From an uncultured Bacteroidales bacterium (GTDB lineage: Bacteria > Bacteroidota > Bacteroidia > Bacteroidales > VadinHA17): a DNA stretch of 64,000 bases. A program made the position numbers and the translations under genes. Under the pieces are notes generated by a model that worked only from the letters and a program-made list of their open reading frames with translations, made no database searches and was not told the DNA's origin. Positions 37,790-48,500 of this stretch are shown piece by piece (the stretch's first letter is position 1; each line of letters starts with the position of its first letter). The stretch spans positions 607,572 to 671,571 of the forward strand of contig CAWFKI010000005.1 in NCBI GenBank assembly GCA_963816345.1, in the 5' to 3' direction.

Positions 37790-38713
37790 ATGAGGAAAAT
37801 ATTTGGCATAGGGGAAACAGTTCTTGATATCATTTTCAAGGATGGACAGCCTCAGGCTGCAAAGGCCGGAGGATCGGTTCTCAACAGTGTGGTATCGATG
37901 GGACGCATGTCATTGCCTGTCTCGTTTATAAGTGAATATGGCGTTGATGAGGTAGGCAAGCTTATTGACAGATTCCTCAGGGACAATGGTGTCAATACAG
38001 CTTTTGTACATCGTTTCACTCAGGGCAGCACTGCCCTGGCCCTTGCTTTCCTGGATGAGAAAAATGATGCACATTACACGTTTTATAAGGATTTTCCGGG
38101 GAAAAGGCTTGATCTGGATTTCCCCGTCATTGCGAAAGATGATATAATACAGTGCGGTTCATTTTATGCAATCTGGCCGGAGATCAGGGATAAGTTCAAA
38201 AAATTCATCAGCAACGCCAGGGAAAAAGGAGCGCTTATTCTCTATGATCCTAATTTCCGCAAGTCTCACCTCTCAGAACTTGAGCTTCTCAAACCTCTGA
38301 TAGTTGAGAACATGAAGATGTCGGGACTGGTCAGGGGCTCGGATGAAGATTTTAAGAACATTTTTGGTGTAAATGGTCCTGATGAGGCATGGGATGTAGT
38401 AAAAGAGTACTGTAAGTGTTTGGTTTATACCGCGAATGAAAAGGGTGTTTTTGTGAGGACCCCTTCTTTTTCAGGAAGATTCCCGGTACAGAGAATATCA
38501 CCAGTCAGCACGATTGGAGCCGGCGATAACTTCAATGCCGGGATGATCACCTCAATTTACCGGAGAGATATAAAAAGAGAGGATATTGAAAAGCTGAAGC
38601 AGAATGAATGGTCTGAAGTTATTGCCACTGCCGTTGCATTCGCCACTCATGTCTGTATGAGCTATGAGAACTATATCTCACCTGAGTTTGCCAGTGAGCT
38701 GACGAACAGATAA
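37790..38713 (+). CDS. PfkB-family carbohydrate kinase (fructokinase-like)
   Basis: It has an N-terminal GE.V.D block, the GG dipeptide (AKAGGSVLN), and the C-terminal GAGDNFNAG anion-hole motif. Confidence 0.85.
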   Translation: MRKIFGIGETVLDIIFKDGQPQAAKAGGSVLNSVVSMGRMSLPVSFISEYGVDEVGKLIDRFLRDNGVNTAFVHRFTQGSTALALAFLDEKNDAHYTFYKDFPGKRLDLDFPVIAKDDIIQCGSFYAIWPEIRDKFKKFISNAREKGALILYDPNFRKSHLSELELLKPLIVENMKMSGLVRGSDEDFKNIFGVNGPDEAWDVVKEYCKCLVYTANEKGVFVRTPSFSGRFPVQRISPVSTIGAGDNFNAGMITSIYRRDIKREDIEKLKQNEWSEVIATAVAFATHVCMSYENYISPEFASELTNR

Positions 38714-38742
38714 GGGCCGGCTCTGTAATCCGGATTCAAAGA

Positions 38743-40005
38743 TCAGATAGGCCTGGCATTTGCCAGAAGATATTTCTCTGCCTCCAGTGACCATATGAAA
38801 TGGTTTTTCGACACAATTTCATGAAGCCCCGCATAGAATTTATCCTTCAGGCCCGGCTCCCCAAGCTTATTAAGAGCAACAAGCGGCATTGATATATTTG
38901 TGTAAATGAGTTTTTTACCCCCGGGAATACCCGGTAGGTTAAGGGTTGTATCCACGACGGCATCCAGACCGCCCACATGGGTGATCATGATTGCAGGATT
39001 TATTTTTCCTTCACCCATAAGCCTTAACGATTCCCGCATGTCATCGGTATTTCCCCCTGATGTCCCCACAATATGGGTAAATGCATAATGCACGTTATAA
39101 AAATTGAATTCAGCCCTGAATTCAGGATTTGTCGGTCCTGCGAAAAAGTTGAGACAGCCGTCAAAACCAAGTATCGCATCGGCCTGCTCAATCACTGGTT
39201 TAACAGGCGCAAATACGAAGACATCGTCAAATCCTGTCCCTCCCGTAATTTCACGCAGATGTCTGACAGGATCATTCATTCTTCCGGTATTGACATAGAT
39301 CAATCTTATTCCATCCTTTTCAGCCTGTTCAGGGGTGAAAAGCGATGACGCTCTCATAAGCCGGTTCTCATCAATATCTGTCACCACAAGCATTGAAGGC
39401 TTATGATCCTGATGCAGGGCGTAATCGATGGCGCCCAGTCCCATGGGCCCCACACCGGCAAGAATAGCCATTTTCCCTCCCTTTTTTATTCCCATTTCAT
39501 GCACATAGGTGCCAGGCGGAACATGGTAACTTGCATGAAATGCTCCTACTATGCAAGACATTGGTTCCGAGAGAGATGCAGGAAAAAATGCATCACCATC
39601 ATAGGGAAGAAGGCAATCAGCCTCCATCACGATTCTTGGTATGATAACATAGGTTGCATCTCCGCCGATGTAACGGAAGGAATACCCGGGAGCATTCAGA
39701 CTCCCTGTCTGATTCATTGCCGGTTGGATTGAAAATTTCTGGCCTGCCGTGAATTTATTCTTCCATTTCTCTCCGACCTCCAGGATCATGCCGGCAAATT
39801 CATGACCTATTATTGTCGGATTTATGTGGATATCATCCGGAACGCGCTTATGATCAGCACCCTGTATAGCAGCCTTGTGGGATGACATGCAGATGCTGTC
39901 GGAGATTACATGTGCCAGGATCTCATCATCCTTAAGTTCAGGAAGTTCAAATTCGTCAAGTCGAAGATCCTTCTTCCCGTAAATTCTGACTGCTTTCGTT
40001 TTCAT
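38743..40005 (-). CDS. Long-form Zn-binding MDR dehydrogenase (420 aa)
   Basis: It has a GroES-like domain with ICMSSHK and GHEFAGMILEV, and the Rossmann motif LAGVGPMGLGAI. It is longer than classical ADHs because of inserts. Confidence 0.8.
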   Translation of the reverse strand: MKTKAVRIYGKKDLRLDEFELPELKDDEILAHVISDSICMSSHKAAIQGADHKRVPDDIHINPTIIGHEFAGMILEVGEKWKNKFTAGQKFSIQPAMNQTGSLNAPGYSFRYIGGDATYVIIPRIVMEADCLLPYDGDAFFPASLSEPMSCIVGAFHASYHVPPGTYVHEMGIKKGGKMAILAGVGPMGLGAIDYALHQDHKPSMLVVTDIDENRLMRASSLFTPEQAEKDGIRLIYVNTGRMNDPVRHLREITGGTGFDDVFVFAPVKPVIEQADAILGFDGCLNFFAGPTNPEFRAEFNFYNVHYAFTHIVGTSGGNTDDMRESLRLMGEGKINPAIMITHVGGLDAVVDTTLNLPGIPGGKKLIYTNISMPLVALNKLGEPGLKDKFYAGLHEIVSKNHFIWSLEAEKYLLANARPI

Positions 40006-40044
40006 TATTATATCTTTTAATTTAAACCACGACCCACAAACTGG

Positions 40045-40175
40045 CTCTACGCTCTACGCTCGTCCCTGTGCCCTGTGCCCAGCCTCCGCTACAACCTTTG
40101 CTAAAGCTACGGTTGTCGAAGAAAGCTACGGCTGGCAATGCCTGTGCTCTGTGCTCTGAGCCCTGCGCCCTGCGC
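40045..40175. repeat. Composite intergenic element, inverted copy of the 26.85 kb element, flanked by heptamers (CTCTACG x2, CTGTGCC x2, then CTCTGTG/CCCTGCG)
   Basis: AAGCTACGGCTGGCAAT (40123-40139) is the exact reverse complement of 26851-26867. The internal part has the direct repeat AAAGCTACGG x2 and the ACAACC/GGTTGT inverted repeat. It lies between two same-strand genes (40005 and 40180). Confidence 0.85.
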
Positions 40176-40179
40176 TTTA

Positions 40180-42154
40180 TCACCCCAGCATCACCTGTCC
40201 CCCGGTGACGGGAACAGCCTGCCCTGTTTCATATTCCTGGTCGATAATATATAAAAGGGCCTTCATGACATCCTCCAGTTTACAGCCCCTCTTAATAGGG
40301 ACCTGGTCTTCATAAAATTTCCTTACATCCTCAATATTCTTTGCTCCGGGCACCTTACCTGTCTTAAGATACTGGACAAACAATCCGTTATGGGGATCTG
40401 ACCATAGGGGACCTTCATAAAAATTACCCGGGCAAATGGAATTTACTTTGATCCTGTAGGGAGCCAGTTCCATTGCAAATGACTGGGTGAGGCCAATTCC
40501 TCCGAATTTAGCACCGGCATACGCGAAGTTCCGGTTCGATCCTCTCAGCCCTGATTTGGAGTTGATCTGGATAATATCCGTAAAAGCCGGAGGATTTTCC
40601 TTGTTCTGAAGTTTCATAACTTCTGAAGCATATTTTACACAATGGAAGTACCCGTTATAGTTTACCTCAGTTGATTTTAAGAATACATCAGGATCCATTT
40701 CATCAAGCCCGCCGGCCTTTAATATCCCGGCATTTGCTACCATAAGATCAAGACCTCCGAATTCCTTTACAGTTGAGATTATCATCTCCTTCACCGACTC
40801 AGGATCTGCCACATCAGTTTTAATAAATACCGCATTATTGAATCTCTTATTCTTTATAAGCCCAGATACAAATGTTTTACCCGCTTTCTTCATTAAGATC
40901 GGCCACTACTACATTAAGGTTCATCGAATAGAGAGCCTCTGCAATTCCGGCACCAAATCCCTGGGCTCCGCCGGTAACAATGGCGATTTTATTATTAAGT
41001 CTGCTTCCCTGGCTGGCTGAAGCGTGAGACTTTTCTTCTGTAATTCTCAACCTCCCACTGATCAATAAATGCAACCTGGTCAGGGGTAAGGAATTTGATA
41101 CCTCCGCAGAGGCTTGCATAGTAGCTTATCCTTATGAAATCTTCATATACATCAAGAGCTGCCTCAGCCGAAGCATAGTTCTCAGCGAAGGCAAAGATCC
41201 CCATATCCTTTATTACAACTATCCTGGGTGAGTAACCATATTCGCTGATGAAATGCGGAAGCTGGTACCTGAAGGAATCCAGTATTTTTTCCGCCGTTGA
41301 TGAATGTTCTATGTAGAGATATCTTGTCTTGCAATAAACGATAATATCCGGTGTAAGAGGCAGTGAGATCTTATGAAACTCGATTTGGTTCTGATAAAAC
41401 CTGGCAATAACTGAATTATTTCTGAACCTCATAATCCCCTGGGCTTCGCCTGAGAGCAGGGCCCTTAAGCCGGGAAGAACTTTGTGAAGCAAAGGGTTAT
41501 AGGGCAGGGGATCAATTTCCGTCAGGGGAGTATCTGTTCTCCGATCTTTTGTATTATACCATTGTATATTTCCCTGATCTCCTGAGTTGTATCAGCGCCC
41601 ACAAATACCCCGTGGTTTTCAAGGAATATGATCCCCGGATCATTGGAGAGCTTCTGCCGGTAGTTTATGATCTCCGCCTCAAGTTTCTTAAAAAGAATAT
41701 AACCCGGATCGGTATAGGGTACGAAGAGTACAGTATCGCCGAATAGTTTGGCGGTCAGGTTCTTTGCATTCCTGCTGCAGAGTAGTCCGTTAATGATAGT
41801 AGGATGGAGGTGAACTACAAATCTGTACCGGATGATTTCATGGAGGGAAGTCTCAACGGATGGGCGTTTGTTTTTACCGGGATCAAGAATACTCAGAAAC
41901 ATATCACCCTTAACCTGCTCCTCCCTTATGGAGGGCTCATCAGAATAGGTTTTTGAGGATATGACATGAAGCTTTTCCCTGTCAAGTGCTACAAGGCTCT
42001 CCTCGGTCATTTCAGCCAGTGACTGACCGCTTGCCTTTATCCAGATGGTCCCATTATCCTTGAATGAGGTGTTTCCTCCTCCTGCTATGACATATTCCTT
42101 ATTATTTCCGTAGTGCCTCGATATTTCAATCAGTTCTTTTATTTCCGGCTTCAT
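40180..42154 (-). pseudogene. Bifunctional class II aldolase/adducin-domain plus short-chain dehydrogenase (rhamnulose-1-phosphate aldolase/SDR-like), split by three frameshifts
   Basis: Four consecutive ORFs read as one ~650-700 aa protein. They are 41522..42154 (AGGGNTSFK aldolase N-terminus), 40995..41492 (middle, WEVENYRRKV), 40877..41119 (SDR TGGAQGFG) and 40180..40893 (NAG...YAGAK... SDR core). The junctions are at the G4/C4 run at 41525-41528, the T4/A4 run near 41041-41044, and near 40880-40892. Confidence 0.8.
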
Positions 42155-42155
42155 T

Positions 42156-43391
42156 TTACAGCTTATTTAAGTAATATTCAATAACCAATTGTCCAAGATT
42201 TACCAGCTCGCGCCTCTGTTTCTTACTGTTCGTTCCATCGGGCAAAACATAACCCTGTCTTCCGTCAGCTCTGAGATACTGATGTGCAGCGATGACACAT
42301 GCCCCTTCCCACGATATTCTCTTTAATGATTCATCGAGCTGCACAGCACCTCTGGCTGTAACTGTCAGAGGAATCATTTCAGGGGTATTATGTTCGGTGC
42401 CAAATGTGATTATAAATCCTTTATTATGGAAGAATTCAGCAAAATCTTTCAGAATTGAGAGATCATTCCTGCCGGGAATCAATTCAATGCACTCAACGCC
42501 AAACTTATTTAGCGACATGTATAGTTTCTCAGGGTCTGCTTCAAACTCCGTATACCTGCCCGAAGGATCATCCAGCAGCACAGGGTAGCAGGGTATTCCT
42601 CCTGCCCCGGTTATTATCCTGATGATCCGTGAGAGCTCGAGAAATGATTTTTCATCCTCCTCAACAAAAGCTGCCCCGCCGCTTTTAAGAAGATTTGACC
42701 TTATTTCATTCTCAAGGGCAGATGGATCTGATAACCCGGTTTTAGATTTTTTATTGCCATAAAGGGTCTCCAGGAATAGAAGCTGATCCTCCGGGGATGA
42801 AAAATTTTCGAGGGCCAGATTCTTCACAGCTTTGGCCAGATGCCGCTCGCGGACAAGATCCTTTGCATATTTTTTCTTTATAGTATCATATGAAAGCGAA
42901 AGAGAAGGATAGTGAGCGCTGATGAGGATGTTAAGCCTGGATATCATTGCCTGCATCTGAAGCTGGCTCTCCCTGATGACTTTTTTAAGCTGCCTTTTAT
43001 GGATCCATCGCGAATGGAATGGATAATCCAGACCTTTGCCGGAGAAATATATTCTTCCGGGGTTATTGGGATCATTTATCCTTATCCCTTTTTGCTGTTC
43101 ATTTTTCATGAGTCCGATAAACTCAACATTAAAAAGAGGGAAAATTTTGTTGGCCACACATCCGTTGTGAAATGATTGATAGCCATCCGTCACATAAAAA
43201 TCGTTAATTCCGAGCAGAGCAATATTTTCATTCTCAGCCATCCTGAAAATCGTCTCAAGATCAGGAAAAGCGCTGAATGAATAAGGAGTATGTATATGAC
43301 CGTTTACCTCCCGGTACTCCGGTACCGGGACTCCCTTCATCTCTTTTATTATCTTGTCAAAAACCGGGAATCCAGAAAGAAAATTATTCAT
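42156..43391 (-). CDS. PHP-like metal-dependent phosphoesterase-fold protein, function unknown
   Basis: It has an N-terminal HxH (VNGHIHTPYSFS) and later GTEHN. There is no signal peptide. Only 1 nt separates it from the downstream aldolase/SDR gene. Confidence 0.5.
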   Translation of the reverse strand: MNNFLSGFPVFDKIIKEMKGVPVPEYREVNGHIHTPYSFSAFPDLETIFRMAENENIALLGINDFYVTDGYQSFHNGCVANKIFPLFNVEFIGLMKNEQQKGIRINDPNNPGRIYFSGKGLDYPFHSRWIHKRQLKKVIRESQLQMQAMISRLNILISAHYPSLSLSYDTIKKKYAKDLVRERHLAKAVKNLALENFSSPEDQLLFLETLYGNKKSKTGLSDPSALENEIRSNLLKSGGAAFVEEDEKSFLELSRIIRIITGAGGIPCYPVLLDDPSGRYTEFEADPEKLYMSLNKFGVECIELIPGRNDLSILKDFAEFFHNKGFIITFGTEHNTPEMIPLTVTARGAVQLDESLKRISWEGACVIAAHQYLRADGRQGYVLPDGTNSKKQRRELVNLGQLVIEYYLNKL

Positions 43392-43406
43392 ATTTGTTTT
43401 ATTTTA

Positions 43407-44051
43407 TTACCAACCAGTTGCTTCTGCAGGTACATCAAGAAGTGATGAACATATCCAGTCAGCTTCAGCCAGCGCTCCGGCCTCAAATGATGAGGTTACT
43501 GCGAGACATCTGCATCCTGCTGATCTGGCTGCTTTTATACCACTTACAGCGTCTTCAACCACCAGGCATTCGACGGGTTTCAACCCTATATCAGTGGCGG
43601 CTTTTATATAAATATCAGGGAAGGGTTTTTTATTCTCAACATCAAGCCCGTTTATAACAGCATCAAAAGTCTCCGGAGGCAATCCGATCTCCCTGAGGTT
43701 CACCAGCATCTTGACCCTGTCGGCACTTGTTGCAAGTGCAAGTCTGAGACCCTTTTTCCTGCATTCAGAGATAAACTCATGAGCTCCCGGAAGAGGAGAT
43801 AATTTACCCCTTACTATTATCTCATAAATTTCGTAGGTTCGTGCCTTGATCTTCTCAATATCAACCTTTATTCCATACTTTCCGGCAACCCCGCCCAGGT
43901 ACCTGTTCTCCCCCATACCGACAAAAGGATGAAAGTCTTCCGGGGTTACCATAACACCAAGTTCACTGAACATCATAATTGCCGCCTTACTGATAAAAGG
44001 TTCAGAATCGACAAGCACACCATCCATATCAAAAAGAACGCCTTTTATCAT
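43407..44051 (-). CDS. HAD-IA hydrolase (beta-phosphoglucomutase/sugar-phosphatase-like)
   Basis: The motifs are I (LFDMDGVLVDSE), II (ATS), III (K...) and IV (VVEDAVSG). Confidence 0.85.
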   Translation of the reverse strand: MIKGVLFDMDGVLVDSEPFISKAAIMMFSELGVMVTPEDFHPFVGMGENRYLGGVAGKYGIKVDIEKIKARTYEIYEIIVRGKLSPLPGAHEFISECRKKGLRLALATSADRVKMLVNLREIGLPPETFDAVINGLDVENKKPFPDIYIKAATDIGLKPVECLVVEDAVSGIKAARSAGCRCLAVTSSFEAGALAEADWICSSLLDVPAEATGW

Positions 44052-44686
44052 CGGAAACTTTTATCAATCTGAATTATTCTTGATTTGCTGAGAGCTTTTT
44101 TCTTCTTTGTCAGTTCGACTATGAGTGTCATTTTTGCAGCATTTTCGAGCACCTCAATTTTATCGAAGGCCTGCAGCAGGCTGGATCCGGTGGTAAGGAT
44201 GCCGTGGTTCTCAAGAAGAAGGATATCGGATTTCAACACATATTCGGCAGCAATAGTTGCCAGTTCTGCCGTACCCATCAGGGCATAGGGAACAAAAACC
44301 GGGTCACCCAGTATTGCGCGTGCCTCCGCCGTAAGGGTGGTACATATCCTGGCCTTTGTTGCAGTAAAGGCGGATGCATTCACAGGATGGGCATGTACGA
44401 TAGCTTTTATCTCTTTCTTTTTTCTGTAGATGGAGAGATGCATTTCAGATTCAATTGAAGGCCTGAGATCAGGTGTCAGATTTTCGCCCGTTACGCTCAT
44501 TACACCAACCTCTCTCCATCTCATTCTGCCCTTATCCGTAGCCGACGGAGTGATAATGATGATTTCATCACCGATCAGGATACTTATATTTCCTCCTGAT
44601 GTGGAAGTCAGCCCATGATTATAGAGGCGCCTCATAAACCTGGCTACCTCTTTCCGTTCAGCTTTATATTTTTTTGTCAGCTTCAT
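44048..44686 (-). CDS. Class II aldolase/adducin-family protein (L-fuculose-phosphate aldolase / ribulose-5-phosphate 4-epimerase-like)
   Basis: The motifs are TSGGNIS, the metal His cluster (VHAHP) and LLLENHGILTTG. It has 4-nt overlaps with both neighbours. Confidence 0.85.
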   Translation of the reverse strand: MKLTKKYKAERKEVARFMRRLYNHGLTSTSGGNISILIGDEIIIITPSATDKGRMRWREVGVMSVTGENLTPDLRPSIESEMHLSIYRKKKEIKAIVHAHPVNASAFTATKARICTTLTAEARAILGDPVFVPYALMGTAELATIAAEYVLKSDILLLENHGILTTGSSLLQAFDKIEVLENAAKMTLIVELTKKKKALSKSRIIQIDKSFR

Positions 44687-45480
44687 ACAACGGGCAAACT
44701 GACAAGGTCGATGATTCCATTGAGTATATAGTGAGGCCTGTACGGGAACTGGTCAATGCCTTTCCTGTCAGTAATACCGCTCAGTACCAGCAGAGTATCA
44801 ATCTCTGATTCAAGTCCTGACCTGACATCGGTATCCATCCTGTCGCCGATAACAATAGCTTCCTCCCTTTTGACCCCAAGCCTCTTAAGGGCTATCCGCA
44901 TCATGAGGGGATTCGGTTTTCCGACATAGTATGCCTTTTTCCCGGCCGCAATTTCAATGGGTGCGATGAGAGCCTTTGTGGAGGGAGTAATCCCGTCTTC
45001 CACAGGCCCGCTGATATCGGGATTTGTACCGATCAGCTTTGCTCCCCTTATCACAAGGTTTACGGCAAGTTCAATCTTTTCAAAATTATAGCCATGTGTG
45101 TCTCCTACAACGACATAGTCGGGATTCACATTATTCACAGTATAACCAACACTATACATGGCATGTATCAGGCCGGCATCGCCTATAATAAATGCACTGC
45201 CATTTGGTTTCTGGTTAGCAAGGAAGCTTGCTGTTGCAAGTGCGCTTGTGTAAAAGTGATCCTCTCCGACATCAATACCAAGTCTTTTCAGTTTTTCATG
45301 CAGCTCCCTGGGTGTACGCTCAGGTGAATTGGTGAGAAAGAGATATTTCTTTCCCGACTGCTCAAGCCATGTAACAAACTCAGTAACACCCGGAAGTAGC
45401 CTGTTCCCATGGTAAATTACCCCATCCATATCGATGATAAATCCTGATTTGGCTTTTATGTTTTCGACAATATTTTCCAT
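44683..45480 (-). CDS. HAD-IIA hydrolase (NagD-like sugar-phosphate phosphatase)
   Basis: The motifs are IIDMDGVIYHG, FLTNS, GKP and IGDRMDTDV. Confidence 0.8.
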   Translation of the reverse strand: MENIVENIKAKSGFIIDMDGVIYHGNRLLPGVTEFVTWLEQSGKKYLFLTNSPERTPRELHEKLKRLGIDVGEDHFYTSALATASFLANQKPNGSAFIIGDAGLIHAMYSVGYTVNNVNPDYVVVGDTHGYNFEKIELAVNLVIRGAKLIGTNPDISGPVEDGITPSTKALIAPIEIAAGKKAYYVGKPNPLMMRIALKRLGVKREEAIVIGDRMDTDVRSGLESEIDTLLVLSGITDRKGIDQFPYRPHYILNGIIDLVSLPVV

Positions 45481-45526
45481 ATCATTTAAAAATTTCAGCG
45501 CAAAGATACCAATGATTTAGTTCATT

Positions 45527-48500
45527 TTATAAATCCTTTAATAATTGCCTTCTCTCTTCTTTAGCATACATAAGATGCAGTAATGTCGGGAAAACGATCA
45601 GCAGCAGAGGTAATGCAATCACAAAACCACCAATAACGGAAACTGCCAGCGGCTGATTCATCTGTGCTCCCGTACCGATGCCGGCAGCCAGAGGCATAAG
45701 TGCAATTATGGCTCCGAGAGCTGTCATTAGCTTCGGCCTTAACCGTGTGGAAATTGCAAAAACTATTGATTCATCAACAGTACCTTTTTTACGGTTAGTG
45801 GTGAATTGCTGGAATGTGAATATCGCATTCTCACCGATTATTCCCACTATCATTATCAATCCCGTGTAGCTGCCTACATTTAAGGGGGTATTTGTTATGA
45901 AAAGTGCAATAAGGCTTCCCGATAACCCAAGAACTGCAATAAAAAGAATGGCAAAGGCTGCCCTGAAATCCCTGAAAAGGAACAACATAAGTGTAAAAAC
46001 AAGCAGACTCGCCAGAATAAGGATCAGAAGCAGCTCGCTGAAGGATTTTTGCTGATCAGCATAGGCACCCCCATATTCTATATTATAGCCCGGAGGCAGG
46101 AATACCCTTGAATCAATAACTTTCTGAATCTCTTTCATCGCACTTCCAAGATCCCTGTTATTAAGCCTGGCAGTTACTATTGATACCGATTTAAGATTAT
46201 CCCTGTTGATCTCCGCCACTCCTTCTTTAAGCCTGACAGATGCCAGGTTCTCCATGGGTGTAAGCTTTCCTCCCGGAAGGAAGACGAACTGGCTTTTTAA
46301 ATTTTCAAGACTGCTCCGGGAGCTTTTCGGATAGATCATCCGGATGCCGGTCATCTGTTCCTTCTCGGGGATACTGCCAATTATGTTTCCTTCGACCATT
46401 GTCTGAAGCTGGAACTGGAAAGAGGAGGGGATCAGGCCATATTGTGCCAGCTTTTGCTGATCCGGAATTACTTCAATTGAGGGTCCGGCTATTATTATTC
46501 CATCAAATACATCTTCAACTCCCTCAATCTTTTCAACTTCCCCGGTAACCTGTTTTGCAAGGTCATTCAGCTTATCCCTGTCGCTGCCAAAGATCTTAAT
46601 CTCTATCGGCTGCACAGATGCCATCAGATCACCTAGCATATCACCTATAACCTGTCCGAAATCAATCTCAAGAGCAGGCTGTGTTGCCCTGATTTTTTGC
46701 CGGATATCATCTATTACCTCTTCGGTACTTCTTTTCCTGTTGTCTTTGAGCTGTATCAGGTAATCACCGTCATTGGGTTCAGTTATAAAAAATCCCATCT
46801 GCGCACCTGTCCTCCTGGAATATTTTGCTACTTCAGGAATCTTTACAATTATTTTCTCAACTTCAGTCAGTATCCTGTCAGTCTCATCAAGCGATGTCCC
46901 GGCGGGAGCTTTATAATCGAGGACAATAGAGCCCTCATCCATTTCGGGAAGGAAGCCTGTTTCCATCCCCGGAAGAATGAAAAGGATCGATCCAAGGAGA
47001 ACAAGTATGAACAGGATGCTCAGATATGATCTTTTCAGGAAAAACCCTACCCAGTTTCTGGTTTTGGTCAGCTTTACCCTGGCGGATTTCCTCTCTGTTG
47101 AAAAGGAAATTATCTGGGAGAGCCATATATAGATAACCGGCAAACCGAGCCAGGTAACAAAAAATGAGCAAACCAGTGTAATGACCATTGTATTTGTAAG
47201 AACATTGAAGTAGGCTCCTGCCACTCCTCCAAGCAGCATGAAGGGAATAAATATCACTATTGTGCTGATCGAAGATCCTACCATCGATGGGAACAGGTAT
47301 TTTATAGCCTGAAAGACGAGCTGATCAGAAGGTTGTTCCGGAAATTCCTCGTGTGTCCTGTGGATTTGTTCCACTACCACCACAGCATCGTCAATTATTA
47401 ATCCGATGGCAGCGGCAATGGCCCCGAATGTCATAATATTAAGTGTATATCCGGCACTGTAAAGAACAATAATTGTAAGAAGCAGGGTGACCGGGATTGT
47501 GATGAGGATCGTCAGGCTTGCCTTGAGAGACCTCAGGAACATCGTTGCCACAATTATGGCAAGTAAAAGCCCCAGCCACAAGCTGTCATTTACACTTTTG
47601 ATTGCTTTTTTGACAAAATCTGCCTGATCATAATAATAGGAAATACGGACATCTCCGGGAAGCAGTTTTTCGAGCTCACTTTTTTTTGAGGCTACGCTCT
47701 CTGAGAGTTTTATAAGATTGGCACCAGGCTGTTTAAGGATGGCAACAAGAAGGCCCTGCCTGCCATTTGCATTGATCCTTGTATATTCCACCTTTTCCTG
47801 TACGCTCACCGAGGCCACATCCTTAATTCTGATTAATCTCCTGTCATCATTGCGCAGCACAACGTTTTCGATATCGCTTAAGCTGTAAAGTCCTGCATCG
47901 GTAATACTGAGATATAACCTGCGGTAATCATTGATAAATCCGTTTGATGTAATAAAATGGCCCTGGCTGAGTACATCTTTTATATATTCCGGAGTAATAG
48001 ATAATGTGCTCATTTTAAATTTATTAAGCTCAATCCAGTACTCCTTGGTCTTTCCCCCGATAATACCGACGGATGATACGCCTTCGATCTGTGACAAAAA
48101 GGGCTTTACAGTATATGTGGCAATAAGATTAAGTTCAATCGGTGACCGTGTGTCACTTTCAATCGTAAATCCGATGACGGGAAGTATTGAGGGATTCATC
48201 TTCTCAACCTGAATAAGGAGATCGGGGGGAAGGCTGTTTCTTATCTGTGCCACCCGCGACTCAAGCATCTGCTGATTGACATTGATATCGGATCCCCAGT
48301 TCAGAAATGCTGAAATCTCACATGTTCCCCTGCTGGTGGCACTCCTTAATATTTTAAGGTCGGGGATCTGCTTTATCGCATCTTCAAGAGGCCTGGTGAC
48401 GGTTATCATCATTTTGTCAACCGGCTGTTCACCGTTATCGGCAATAACCTTTAACTTCGGGAAGGTGATCTCCGGGAACAGGGAGACCTGCATCTGACCG

